Shown here in pieces: positions 52,330 to 63,439 of a stretch of DNA of 64,000 bases. The position numbers were made by a program, and so were the translations under genes. This DNA comes from Camelus ferus (lineage: Eukaryota). The DNA is taken from positions 73,720,001 through 73,784,000 of the forward strand of contig NC_045697.1 of the NCBI RefSeq assembly GCF_009834535.1, in the 5' to 3' direction. Numbering within the stretch: the stretch's first letter is position 1; the number at the start of each line of letters is the position of its first letter. The notes beneath the pieces were generated by a model. It was not told the DNA's origin and did no database searches. It saw only the letters and a list, made by a program, of their open reading frames with translations.

Positions 52330-53370
52330 GTGTGAAGAAAACAGAAAGTTCTCCCATGAGAACTTTTAATCATAAGGTGGTCTTCATGTAAATTTGGGGC
52401 TCATGCATTCTACCCATATAAGCTGTAAAAACCCCAAGCTAGGAATTTAAAGTGGCTTATGATTGTGAATGCCTCTGAAGCATCTGGGAAGAGCAAATAT
52501 AGAAACTTTCCAAAGGAAAACACCTTAGATCCAGAACACAGTTTTCCCAAATAAGTTTCCAAGAAATGTGAGCTCACAGTAAGAAGGGGGAAAAAATCAC
52601 ACAACACCCAAGAAAATAAGTTGTCATTAGCAAGAATCAGCCAAAACAGTAAAAAAAAAAAAAAAAAAAAAAACCAGAATCTGGCCTGCAAAGATTGCAA
52701 ATAATAAATTTGTAAACAAATGTTAATCAGTTGCATCCTTTGTGCCAGATTATCCTTGGTGCCTGGGATTGGACACATCAATGAGCAAGACCAAATTCTT
52801 GCCATTTTGGTGAGATTTATTATTAATGTTTAAAATGGAAAGACTGTCCCTTTAACTTTTTAAAAGAAATACTAGAGGATGTCAACATTACAGGCAGATT
52901 CAATAAACAAATAGAACTTGAAGAAATAAAAATAATAATCATCTTGAAAATTAAAAACTCAATGGATGGGATAAACCACGGGTTAAAAACAACTGAAGAG
53001 AGAACTCAAGCTTTTGTTCAGAATGCAGGACAAAGAGACAAAGGGATGGAGAAAATGAACGAGAGATAACAGAGCATGAAGAACAGATATATGTATGTCT
53101 ATGGATGACTGAACTGTTGTGCTGTACACCAGAAACTGACACAACATTGTAAATGACCATACTTCAATTAAAAAAAAAAAAAGAGGGTCCAAAAAAAGAA
53201 AAAAAGAAAAGAAAGTTCTAACACATGCCCATTCAGTGTTTCAGGAGAAAATAGGGGTGGGGTAGGGGTGGGGTGGGGAGCAGTATTTCATGAGATGATG
53301 GCTAAGAGTTTTCCAGAAGTGAAAGGCCTCAATCCTCACACTCCAGAAACCCAACAACCTGCACCAATAT
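52330..53370 (+). mobile_element. Old L1M 5'/ORF1 fragment with nested short L1 tail (about 53085-53215)
   Basis: aacaaatagaacttgaagaaataaaaa..gaaaattaaaaactcaatggatggg; gatgatggctaagagttttccagaa; nested tgctgtacaccagaaactgacacaacattgtaaa. Confidence 0.7.
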
Positions 53371-53499
53371 TTTTTAAAATATATTTGACAACAAACAAAA
53401 TTTAATGGCAACATATTTTATAACATTTGGTTTAACAAATGTATATTAAAAGATAGAATGAAATTTTAACTTTTATGAAGTCCTCTAAAAGGATGAGTT

Positions 53500-53640
53500 G
53501 GGGAGGGTATAGCTTAGTGGTAGAGCGCATGCTTGGCATGCATAAGGTTCCTGGGTTCAATCCCCAGTACCTGTTAAAAAATAAATATATCTAAATCCCC
53601 CCCCCCCAAAAAATAAATAATATGGAAACATTAAAAAAAA
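53500..53640 (+). mobile_element. vic-1-type SINE, long form
   Basis: ggggagggtatagcttagtggtagagcgcatgcttggcatgcataaggttcctgggttcaatccccagtacc, C-run, A tail. Confidence 0.93.
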
Positions 53641-53642
53641 TA

Positions 53643-53790
53643 AGAGTGAGGCACTCAGGACACAAAATTTAAGAAGGGAAAATTTAGGGACATACGAGTT
53701 CAGGGCTGGCCCTTTCAGAAACCTGGCAGCGAGTGCTGCCTTCACTTTGTGCCCTGGTTCCCTTACTTGACTCACCCCAGTCCTGGCCCT
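53643..53790. mobile_element. hAT-type MITE (MER96-like), one terminus missing
   Basis: gtgaggcactcaggacacaaaatttaag..cttacttgactcaccccagtcctggccct. Confidence 0.45.
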
Positions 53791-53899
53791 TATAGACAAA
53801 GGTCTGCTTTTGTGACCTAATATTTGGAATTATCTAATTGAACATTAAAAAAATAATAAATTATTTTATGAAGTCATACATGGTTTTTTAATTATATTT

Positions 53900-54135
53900 A
53901 ATTTATATTCAATGTAATGTAATGCACACTTTGTAATGTATAGTTCCTTGAATTTAACAGTGTAATTTCCCTCCACCATCAAGATACAGATATTTCCATC
54001 ATCCCCAAAATTCCCTCATGCTCCTTTGCTGTTATCTGTCCCCAACTCTGGTCCTAGGAAACCACTGATTTACTTTCTGTCATTTTAGTTTAGATTTGAC
54101 TTTTTATAATTTTCTATAAATGGTATCAGACAGTA
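53900..54135 (-). mobile_element. Old L1M 3' end
   Basis: accatcaagatacagatatttccatcatccccaaaattccctcatgctcc..aaccactgatttactttctgtc. Confidence 0.75.
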
Positions 54136-54141
54136 TTTACA

Positions 54142-54261
54142 TTTTATGGGGAAGAGGTAATTAGGTTTCTTTATTTACTTTTAATGGCAGTACTGAGGAT
54201 TGAACCCAGGATCTCATGCGTGCTAAGCACACACTCTACCCCTGAGCTATACCCTCCCCCC
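54142..54261 (-). mobile_element. vic-1-type SINE, long form
   Basis: ggtaattaggttt..gtactgaggattgaacccaggatctcatgcgtgctaagcacacactctacccctgagctataccctcccc. Confidence 0.93.
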
Positions 54262-55384
54262 TTAAATTTTGTTTTTAAATAATAAGACAAAATTATCTAA
54301 AGCAACACTTCTTTGAAAATGTTGCATTAAAGATATGGGTTATCTTTATTTATAATAAGTAAAAAAGCTAAATGAGATGTATTTGTTGCTCTGCTTTTTT
54401 TTTTTTTTTTTTTTTTACACTGGTTTTAGAAGTACTAGAGAGATTTTGGTGTGCTATATTTAAAATGTGATTAAATCAATGAAACCAGAATTTTAGGCAG
54501 GATGTCTTGAAGCAAATTAGAGCATTATTATCATTTTTATACTCTTAATTAACTCATATTTAACTTTAGTGTTCAGTTTGATTTTTGTCTTTATCAAAAG
54601 TCCCATCATGGATATATATTAAACTTAAAAGGTACTTGAGAATAAAAAAAAAATTAGCTCTATAGTAATCAAAATCAGCACAATGGCTAGAGGTATTCAA
54701 CTGGGTGACCAAACTACAGTGATCTTATATCCAGTGACTGGTGTACATGGCCACTCAATACATTCTATAAGACCCTCAAAGGGTTCAGTTTTCAAAGAAA
54801 AAATAATCACATCATCATTTAGATATTTTTAAAACAGAAATTAGAGATTATTGACCTAATTTTTATACACCTCTGCATGGTTTTTTTTAATGGAGACATA
54901 TTACATACAATAATCTTTATAAACTTACCAAATAATTTTTTAAACACACTAGAGGCCAAAATAGATGTCATTACCATTTTTAATGATGAGTCCCCTATGA
55001 CAATTTTACAAACCTTCTAGGATTTTCAAACCATGAGTTGGGAAGGAAAAGTTAATCAGTGCTTACAGGCCACTCATGTGTCCCTAATTACTGCTTGTCC
55101 ACCAAGTAAAATTGTCTCTTTCATCTGTCACCCTCTTTGAAGTCTCTGCATTATTTTACACCATTTATCAGACCTCTCCTTCTTCCTTATAACCCTCTCA
55201 TTTTTTAATTAAGGCCAATATTATATTATTGCTTCTCCGCCTACCTGGTGGGTCCATCTCTGCTTCTTTACCAATTCCTCTTTCTTCTCCATGCTTGCAA
55301 CAGGGCTAAACCCTCCACTTTTCTCCCCTACTTCATTCTTGCTTTCCTTTGCTTAATTTCCTTTGATCCTCAACTTGTTTCCCC

Positions 55385-55960
55385 AGTTCTACGCCATTTG
55401 GCAGGTCATGTTTCAGGGGGGACCCCTATCAGCTGGCTTCACTGAGTTAGACTAACTGGAGGCCCTGGAGGGAGAAAGGAGGCCCTGGCAGAGGTGCTGA
55501 GGAAGACAAGAGAATACAGGCTGGGAGAAGCCAGAGGATTGCTCACCCTGCCTCCCTCTGCCTTGGAGGCCATCTCTGATGTCTTGACTGGACCAGGACG
55601 GTTCAGCAGGGCTTCACTCACAGGTCTGCCAATTTGTTTTGCTTGTTCACAGGGTTCTCCTCCATGTGACCTCTCACCTCTCAGCAGACTAGAGTGGGCT
55701 TTTTCACAGCATGGTGGTCTAAAGCTTTCAAGAGAGCAAGACTGGAATTTCAAGGCCTTTTAAGACCTGTGGGTTCCAGAATTCACACAATGTCACATCC
55801 ACCACATTCTATTGGTTAAAGCAAGTTACAAGGCCAACCCTTACTCAACAGGATAGAAAAATAGACGACTTCTTGATGAGAAGGGCAGCAATAATATATT
55901 GCAAAGGGCCTGGACACAAGGGAATGTCATTCACTGGGGACAGTTATTGTAACTATACAC
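55385..55960 (-). mobile_element. MLT1 LTR
   Basis: ctctcagcagactagagtgggctttttcacagcatggtggtc..cacattctattggttaaagcaagttacaaggccaaccc. Confidence 0.7.
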
Positions 55961-56335
55961 TTCATCCAGTCCCTCCAGGAACAGCACCCCATCCTAGCAT
56001 GGCTTAGGATCCTAGCCACATGCTATTCCTAATCTCTGGGTTGCCCCCTACTTGTCTCCTAAGCTCCTTCATCACCTGCTTAATTGATTCTTTGCATCAG
56101 TTTGCTTCTGTCTTTTGTGTTCCTGGTTTGATCCTAAAAAGGCATCATCTTTCTTACTTTAACAGTGAATAACTCAAATCAAAATCCAACCTTGATCTCT
56201 CCTCCAAAAATCCAATCCTAAATTTCCATATTTCCACTTGGATTTCCTCTTCATCGCCTAAATCAGGCATATCCAAAAGTTAAGTTATCCTCTGCCCTAA
56301 ACAATGACCATTGTCATTTTCTGGGTACTCTAGAC

Positions 56336-56540
56336 CAGGGGTTGGATAACTGCAGTCGGTGGGCCAGGCCACCACCGCCAGTTGTGCTGGAACCCAGCTG
56401 TGCTCGTTTAGTTCTGTACTGTCTGTGGCTGCTTTCACACTACAGGGGCAGAACTGAGTAGTTGAAACCGAGACGACATGACCTGCAAAGTTAAAATTAT
56501 TCACTATCTGGCTTTGTATGGAAAAATTTGCTAACCGTTT
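56336..56540. mobile_element. MER58A hAT-Charlie MITE within an L2 remnant
   Basis: caggggttgg..tgtctgtggctgctttcacactacaggggcagaactgagtagttg..ttcactatctggc; 8-bp TSD ctctagac/ttctaaac. Confidence 0.88.
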
Positions 56541-57682
56541 TTCTAAACCTCTGACTCCTCCTTTTTTCTTCTTCATATACAACAGGGAGTAAATGTTACC
56601 AGTCTCAATTCCGGCTGTCTTTATTTCTAAATTGTTTCAATATTCTCTTCTCTCTCCCTGTCTCCAAACTGCTCATCTCTTCTACATTTCTCAACTAAAT
56701 TAATTGTTGCAAAATACCATTTTAATTGTCACTCACATGCAGTTCCCCAGTGACTTCTTTTATGTATCTGATAACTACAAATTCACATTCTTCTACCAAG
56801 TTATGTCAATTTACCCAACAAAACTGAATTTGCACTTTTCCCAAACCATCTTCTCCAATCTAGTGCTTCTTCTCTTACTTGATTTCAGAGCCTATGAATG
56901 TAGGAATTCTGTCTCATTGCTTCATAGCTCTAGCACCAAGCACAGTGTCTGGCATATGGTGACCAGGGAGTATGTATTGAATGACTGTTTCCCCTTCTGT
57001 TATTTTATTTATACACTTTTTCTACCTAAGATGCCGTCTCCAGTCTTTTCTATCTATCTAAACTATTTTCTCTAGCCTCAGCTTCTTTCCAAACTGTCCT
57101 AATCTTAGTATCTCTTTCCTCATTCAAACTCTGTGACACCAAAAGTCCGTATCATCTGTCCACCCACCACCCCATTACACAACTGCATGAGGAATTAGCT
57201 GCAATATTGATTCTTGAGACAGTAAGAACATGCCATGTGTTTAAACATGCGTAGTTTGTAACATCCTTTCACGTACTCATAGTTGTCCTCCGAGATATTT
57301 CTTACTGTCCCTGATTAGTGCCTTGTCCAAAATTACAAAGCTAGTAACTACTAAGAGCCAGAGCAATAGTTGTTTCTAACTAACAGAAATTCTAAGGCCA
57401 AGACTCTGAATTAATAAGGCTTTCCAGGAAATGTCAAATGAGTCATGTAAGATAAGATTTTGTACTAAAAATTTTATTGTAAACAGAGAGGTAAAATTAT
57501 TCAAATAGAGAGAAGAAAGAGTTGGGAAAAAGAAATAGAAAACGCTTATTCATAGGTTTTTACTCAAAAGAGAAAAAGTTCTCTTATACAGAATCTAAAA
57601 ATTACAACTTGTCCTTTCGATGTTTGTGAACAAAATTCTGAAGTCAATACAGACATCCTTAGAAATTAACTCTTGAAACGTT

Positions 57683-57862
57683 TGTATGCTGGAGCAATTT
57701 TGTACCAGCTTGAGAGGGCAGATTGTTAAATATTTAGGAATTTCACAATCCAAGTGTTAACTCATTGGTAGCTTGAAATTACCCATTGTTTGAATACTTA
57801 CATGGAAATTGGTAAATGACACAAATCAAGACTTTTTAAAAAGTTTCCCAGCACACCACTGG
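57683..57862. mobile_element. MER63-like hAT MITE
   Basis: tgctggagc..taccagcttgagagggcagattgttaaatattt..cattggtagcttgaaatt..ccagcacaccactgg. Confidence 0.7.
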
Positions 57863-58051
57863 ATGCATGCATACATTCATAAAAGGAGAGGAAAAGTGAG
57901 ACAGAGAACAATAATAATCACAATAGTAATATTAATAATTTATTAAAAGATACATTAGTTTAGAATTTACCATGTTCCAAGCCACTCTCTAAGCACTTCA
58001 CATATATTCAGTGGTATCCTGAAGCCGCCTCATACCAGCTGGCAGAAGCTT

Positions 58052-59867
58052 ATGTGTTGCTCTGTGTCATTTATTTTGCTATTCGTTGCTTCTAGAGTAT
58101 TTTTGTCTCACATATTGAATTATCTGTTTTTGACTGGGTCTTCTTTATATTGTCTAGTTCCTTGTTAAAATGATCTGTGTTTAGATCAATTCTTTCCTCT
58201 AATTTAGGTGGCATTTTTATTACCAATATCTTGAATTCTTTGGTAAATTGTTTATTTCTGTTTCATTATTTACTTTTTCAGTTTTCTCTTACTCTTTCAA
58301 TTGAGAGTAGGTCCTCTGCCTTTCATTTTACGTAACTTTCTCTGTCTCTATGAATTTAGGTGAAACAGTTCCCTGTTCTTACTGTGGTCTTGAGAGGGTG
58401 TTCTTATGTGGGGACATCCTTATGTAGACTGTGTATGCCCAGTGCCTTTGGTGGGAAAGCTGAATTTAATGTGGATGCCAGTCATGTCTTTCCTCGGGGT
58501 GTGCTGGCAGCTATCGCCCTGGTGGGGGATGTGGCTGGTAATGGAGGAACTAGAGCCTGCACAGTGTGTGAGGCAGGACTTCTTCTCTGCTCAGTGGTCA
58601 TCACCACCTTGTCTGGGGCAGGATCTGCTCCCACATCACTAGATCTGAGGCCCTGAGGGTCAGGCTCAGCTGGCTGTGTTCCCTTCTCCCTGCTCTAGGG
58701 CCTTAGCCCCAAAGGAGGGGAGGCTGAAGCAAGGGGGGCCCGTGTGATTACAGAAGTTCAGTGCTCTGCCTCTGTAGGCATCTGTGGCTCCACTCAGGTG
58801 CTGCCCATGGTCACATCTTTCCCCTGCTGTGGCCACCTCAGGTCTAGTGCTGGCCTGTGGCTAGGGTTGAGTGGGGAAGGAGTGTTCACTCAGGCTGGGC
58901 TGGGGCATGCAGCAAGGCTGTCCTGGGAATTCTGGCACCTGCACTGCTGTCAGAGCTCTGGGCTGCTTCTGGGAAGCCTCTTGAGTAAGCACCAACGATG
59001 GCCACCACCACTCCACCTGGGTTAGACCCCAGGGCCCCAGGCTGCCTCAGCATCCATACATCAAATCCTTTTCCAGGTCCTGGCTGCCCTAGCTCCAGTG
59101 CCAAGCTGTGGGTGGAGTGAGCAGTGCCAGGGCATTCACTCTGCTTGGACTGGGCAGTGCAGCAAGGTGGCAGCAGCTGGGGCAGACCTCTCTCCACCCT
59201 GCCTGGGGCACGCCAGCACCATGCTCTCCTCAAGTAGAGTCTAGGCTTCTCCAGCCTTTCTGTCTGTCCCAGTGGTTCTCCAAGCAGCCAAAGGGGCTTG
59301 ACCCCTACCCATAGGGCCCCAAGACTGGGACCCCCGGCTTGTGACTTGGCCACTCACTCCCCAGGGTAAGTGTCCACCCCTGCAATCTCCCTTTTTCTCT
59401 CAATCTCCCTCCCAGGGACACAGTTCCCAGTCTGAAGCTTTTCTTCCCATCCTACCCAATTATGTAAGTATCTTTCTTACAGACTTGGTTGTACAGGAGT
59501 CCGTCTCCCATTTGCCAGTTGGTTTTCTCTGAGAATTATTCCACATGTAGTTTTTTTGTTTTGGTTTGGTTTTTTTGTTTGTTTGTTTGTTTGTTTGTTT
59601 GTTTGTTTTGTAAGGGGCCAGACAAGGAGTCCAAGGGAGCCAGTGCTCAAAACATTCCCTTGATAGGCTCGAGGGAGGCATTTTATAGGCAAAATTTACG
59701 TGGAGGGTGGCAGGGTGTGTAATCCTCCTCTAACTGGTTCGTGTTGAGGTAACAGGGTAGTGTTTCAGGAATCTCAATCATCATCCTTCTTCTGGTCTGC
59801 AGATGTAGTTTTGATGTGTCTGTTGAGGGAGATGAGTTCCATGTCCTCTTACTCTGCCATCTTGATC
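58052..59867 (-). mobile_element. LINE-1 5' end (GC-rich 5'UTR and start of ORF1 region), 3'-truncated
   Basis: Minus strand begins gatcaagatggcagagtaagagga (YY1-type AAGATGGC); GC-rich 58400-59450; T-rich ORF1-like 58052-58400. Confidence 0.8.
59551..59797 (-). mobile_element. ERV LTR (U3-R) fragment with A-rich/(AAAC)n tail, inserted in the L1 5'UTR
   Basis: Minus strand gaccagaagaaggatgatg..ttacctcaacacgaaccag..gcctataaaa..ttttgagcactggctccc..actccttgtctggcccc then aaaacaaacaaac tail. Confidence 0.6.
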
Positions 59868-61968
59868 TCCCCTTCTCCAGCACATCATTGGTCTTAAGCC
59901 AGACTTCTACAATTCAGAAAAGTCACTATTGGTCTCCTAATGTATTAATCAGTGTCTTTTCATCAATAGGCAACCTATGCTTGAGCAGAAGAAAGGGAAT
60001 GAAAAATATGCGATTGCACAAAGTAAGGAAAGATTTGACTGCAGTACAACTGGTCTGTGACAATAGAAAGCCTAGGAACGAATCACTTACTCACCTTCCC
60101 TCCACCATAGGAACTTCTGGGAAGTTGGCTGCATATTCTTCCACTCACCATGCTGTCTCCATCATTCTTGCCCTCTCCATGAAAACAGAATCATGAACAC
60201 TTCAAACGTTTCACGTTAGCTTCTTGAGAATCACTGACCATTTCTGATCAGACAACATACTTAGTCATCAGTAAGTCGGTATTTCCTAAATCCAGACAAT
60301 CATCTATAAAATATGACCTTTAGCAGATTTAAAGGAATATGCCAGTGCTAATGAAGTAGGAAAAAGTGTGGGACAAGAGAGAGAGAGCAAGAATAAGAGA
60401 AATTAAGAATGGCACCTAGGATGGGGTGAGTTCTGTAAGGGTTAAGTTTCTCCTATATTAATAGGGTTCCCTTGAAGCTTTGAAATGACAACACAGAGCC
60501 TGTGTTTGCCATTCCTCCTTCCCTTGCTAACAATTCTTGGTGTATCTCTGAGCATAATCTGGGCAAGTGCCCAAAAAGCAAATTACAGCAGATTCTTCTG
60601 TCATATGTCCACAAAAGGAAAAAAATCCTATACTTCTAGTGCTCAGAAGCAAAAGTTAATTTTTAATTCCAGTTTATGCTCCCCTTAGGGGAAGAGCTGT
60701 CCAATGAATTGGACAATTTTCAAAATTTGCTAGCAGAAATAAAAATCCAAAAACTTGGAGGAAAATGAACACTATAACAAATGGTAAGTTTTTTGTCATA
60801 AACAACAGCACTGGGTCTTGAGAGTAGCAGAGGGAGGTGTACAGCTTAATTAGGACGCATCCTCCCAGAATACCAGTGGCCTCCCAAATGCTCTGCTTAG
60901 TTTGCCACGGGCCATTGTCTTTCTCCATAAATTTCAATTAGCATCTGTAGCCACTCTCCTAGAAATAAAGACTTTAGCTCTATGCCTCATTTTGAACATC
61001 TACTGGTCTTGAGCTAAATTTAAAAGATGAATGGAGTATTACTTAAAAGTTGATATCTTCATGCAACATCACTTCAGCAATAAAACTAAAACCCCTTGAA
61101 CAAAATTCTGCTGTATAGCCAAGAGGGCCATGGTTAGGTTCCAGCTTGATAAAATCATCTACCCTTTGTAACTTTAAACACCTTCAGGGCTTCTGTCAAG
61201 GTGATACTGTGATCTATACAACACTGAGGATGAAGTGATGAACAATAAAACCTCGAGCTGTCTTGTAGGTCTGGGAGGGGGCGATAGAGTCCCAGGGTGT
61301 GTGTCATGGTCTTGCTCCACTTGAGGGAGAGGGAGTCCTTTTTCCTCTCTGACATCAAACAAGAAGCAACTCTTCTGTCCCAAAGGAGTTTTTTAACTTC
61401 CATCCGAAGAAAAGTGATTCCACTGAGAAAATTCAGCAGCCAGTGAGATTACCAAACCAGAAGCACATGTGTTAGGGAGCAGAGTGCTGTCCATGGTTAA
61501 CAAGTCAGTTTCTTTGCTATACCTGGGCCATCTAGCAGTACCTGCAGGGACAGTGGGTCCTGCAGGGAGGGGTGCAGTTGGGAGGAGTAATCTTGTTATT
61601 ACACAGTCACAAGTCTGCAAAGCCCCAGAGATCATGCAGACCTTCTTTTCCATTTCCATCTATAGGCATTGTCGCCACTGAAGTGCCAACAGCCTCTTGT
61701 CATGCTTGGTCCCCCCAAAGACTGTACATCTTGCAGACTTCAGTTAAGACTGAGCACCTGGAATGTGATGGTTTTGGTGTGTTATTACGCTCTTGTGGGG
61801 GTGGGAGAGAGAATAAATGGGGATCTGGCAGAAGAAAATCCCATCCTGTCAACCTAGGGAAGATAGAACTACCTAGAGGAGGCAAAGAGTGCTCGTCAGA
61901 AGAAGGTTCTGCTTCATTTTTATCTTCCCTGCCCATTTAAAGATTTAACCAACTCAATAATGTCCCTT

Positions 61969-62088
61969 GGGGAAGGGTGTAGCTCAGTGGTAGAGTGCGT
62001 TCTTAGCATGCACGAGATGCCTCGGTTAATAAATAAACAAACAAGCCTAATTGCCTCCCTCTCCCCAACCAAAAAAAAAAAAAAAAAA
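61969..62088 (+). mobile_element. vic-1-type SINE, long form, T-arm/B-box disrupted
   Basis: ggggaagggtgtagctcagtggtagagtgcgttcttagcatgcacgag..cctaattgcctccc, A18 tail; TSD aataatgtcc 61956-61965 / 62095-62104. Confidence 0.9.
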
Positions 62089-62700
62089 TCCCCAAATAAT
62101 GTCCTGGAAGCAAGAAGCAAGCATCTCAGCCATACGAGATAATAGAATATCTCACAAGAATAACAGGCCAACAGTGTTCACCTGACAAGTATGTGCCAGA
62201 CTTCCACGTGGTCCTGAGATGTGAGCTGCCGTGGATGGCCCATATGTCCGCGTGAACAGTCCCAGCATCTTCCAGAAGCCCTCTTGTGTATTAACTAATC
62301 AGCTTTGAATCTGGTACTTGATGGCACCTAGGATCCTAAAAGTATATTGTATCATGTGCTGAAGGATTAATGCCTTCCTCATTGAATGTTCAGAAATAAA
62401 GGAAAAGTAACTATGATCTCAGAAACTGAGGGAAGCTCCAGAGATGCTCCAGGAGTTCTGGACTCGAGAGAAACAGACCAGCCCATTTGTTCTGTCAGAA
62501 GCAGGGCAGGAGCTGATCTTTTTGTAAGTGCACTGAGAATTGTTAGAAAAGGAAGAGGAGACCAAAAAGGAAGGTCACAGTTACTCTTCAAGTGGTGGTG
62601 GTGGCCTCAACGAATCAGTAAACAGTTTGAGGAACCCAATGTAATTTATGACTAAGAATCATAAAAATCTGTGATAGATAGAAATATAAATGTAGATCTA

Positions 62701-62701
<1 letters not shown>

Positions 62702-62743
<42 letters not shown>
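62702..62743. repeat. (CA)n microsatellite
   Basis: About 20 uninterrupted AC units. Confidence 0.97.
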
Positions 62744-62745
<2 letters not shown>

Positions 62746-63439
62746 CCTGATACAGGTAGAACTGGGGCAGAAGAATGACCGCTGTCATCAACAACTGGTT
62801 AACAATCAATATCCACTACTCTTTCTCCTTCGGTTTCACGTGCAGGGTAAAAGAAAGAAATATTCACCTGTCAGTGCTGTGTTTCCATCAGTGATACCAT
62901 CTTTGATCTTCATTCCAAAAGAGCACAAGAGTGAGCATCATAATCATAAAACAATGCCATCGGATTTTATGAAATTTAAAATAGTTTCCTATGTGTTGCA
63001 TAATCTCATAAAAAGCCCTGTGAGAAAAGCAGGTGATCAGGGCAGACCTGGTAGTGTTAAGAAGAGTAAGAATGGAAAAGAAAGGGAGGGGCAAAAGGGA
63101 GAAAGGGGAGGAAAAGGGAAAGGAGGGAAGTAAGGGGGAAGCCGCCTCCCCAGCTTTTCCTGTAATTGGATGTCAGTCTGAATCCGAATAATATCTCCTG
63201 CTGTCTCCTAACGAGTATTCTGAAGATTAAGATCCACATATTTCTTGGGACTCCTCAGTAATAATTACTCTTTATATTATAAGTAGTGGCATCATCGTCA
63301 CCAGTCTTACCTATAAAATTTCTTATAAGCTCACAACTAAGGTTGGGGAGCTTCAGGGAAAAAACAACAGGAAGAGCACAGTAAAGCACAAAGTCAAAGA
63401 AGTTAGGAAAGGAAAAAAGCAACAAGCACTAACTTTCCC

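Noticed and set aside
58360..59353. GC-rich ORFs (93-155 aa) as a gene or CpG island
   Set aside because: They lie in a decayed L1 5'UTR that is CpG-depleted, and the peptides have no recognisable domain.
61155..61940. Cluster of overlapping ORFs as a processed pseudogene
   Set aside because: No recognisable protein family, tail or TSD; consistent with chance ORFs in locally higher GC. A tblastx search would settle it.
427..62088. tRNA-Ala genes
   Set aside because: The tRNA-like heads have A-rich tails, TSDs and scattered stem-breaking mutations and no oligo-T terminator; they are SINE copies.
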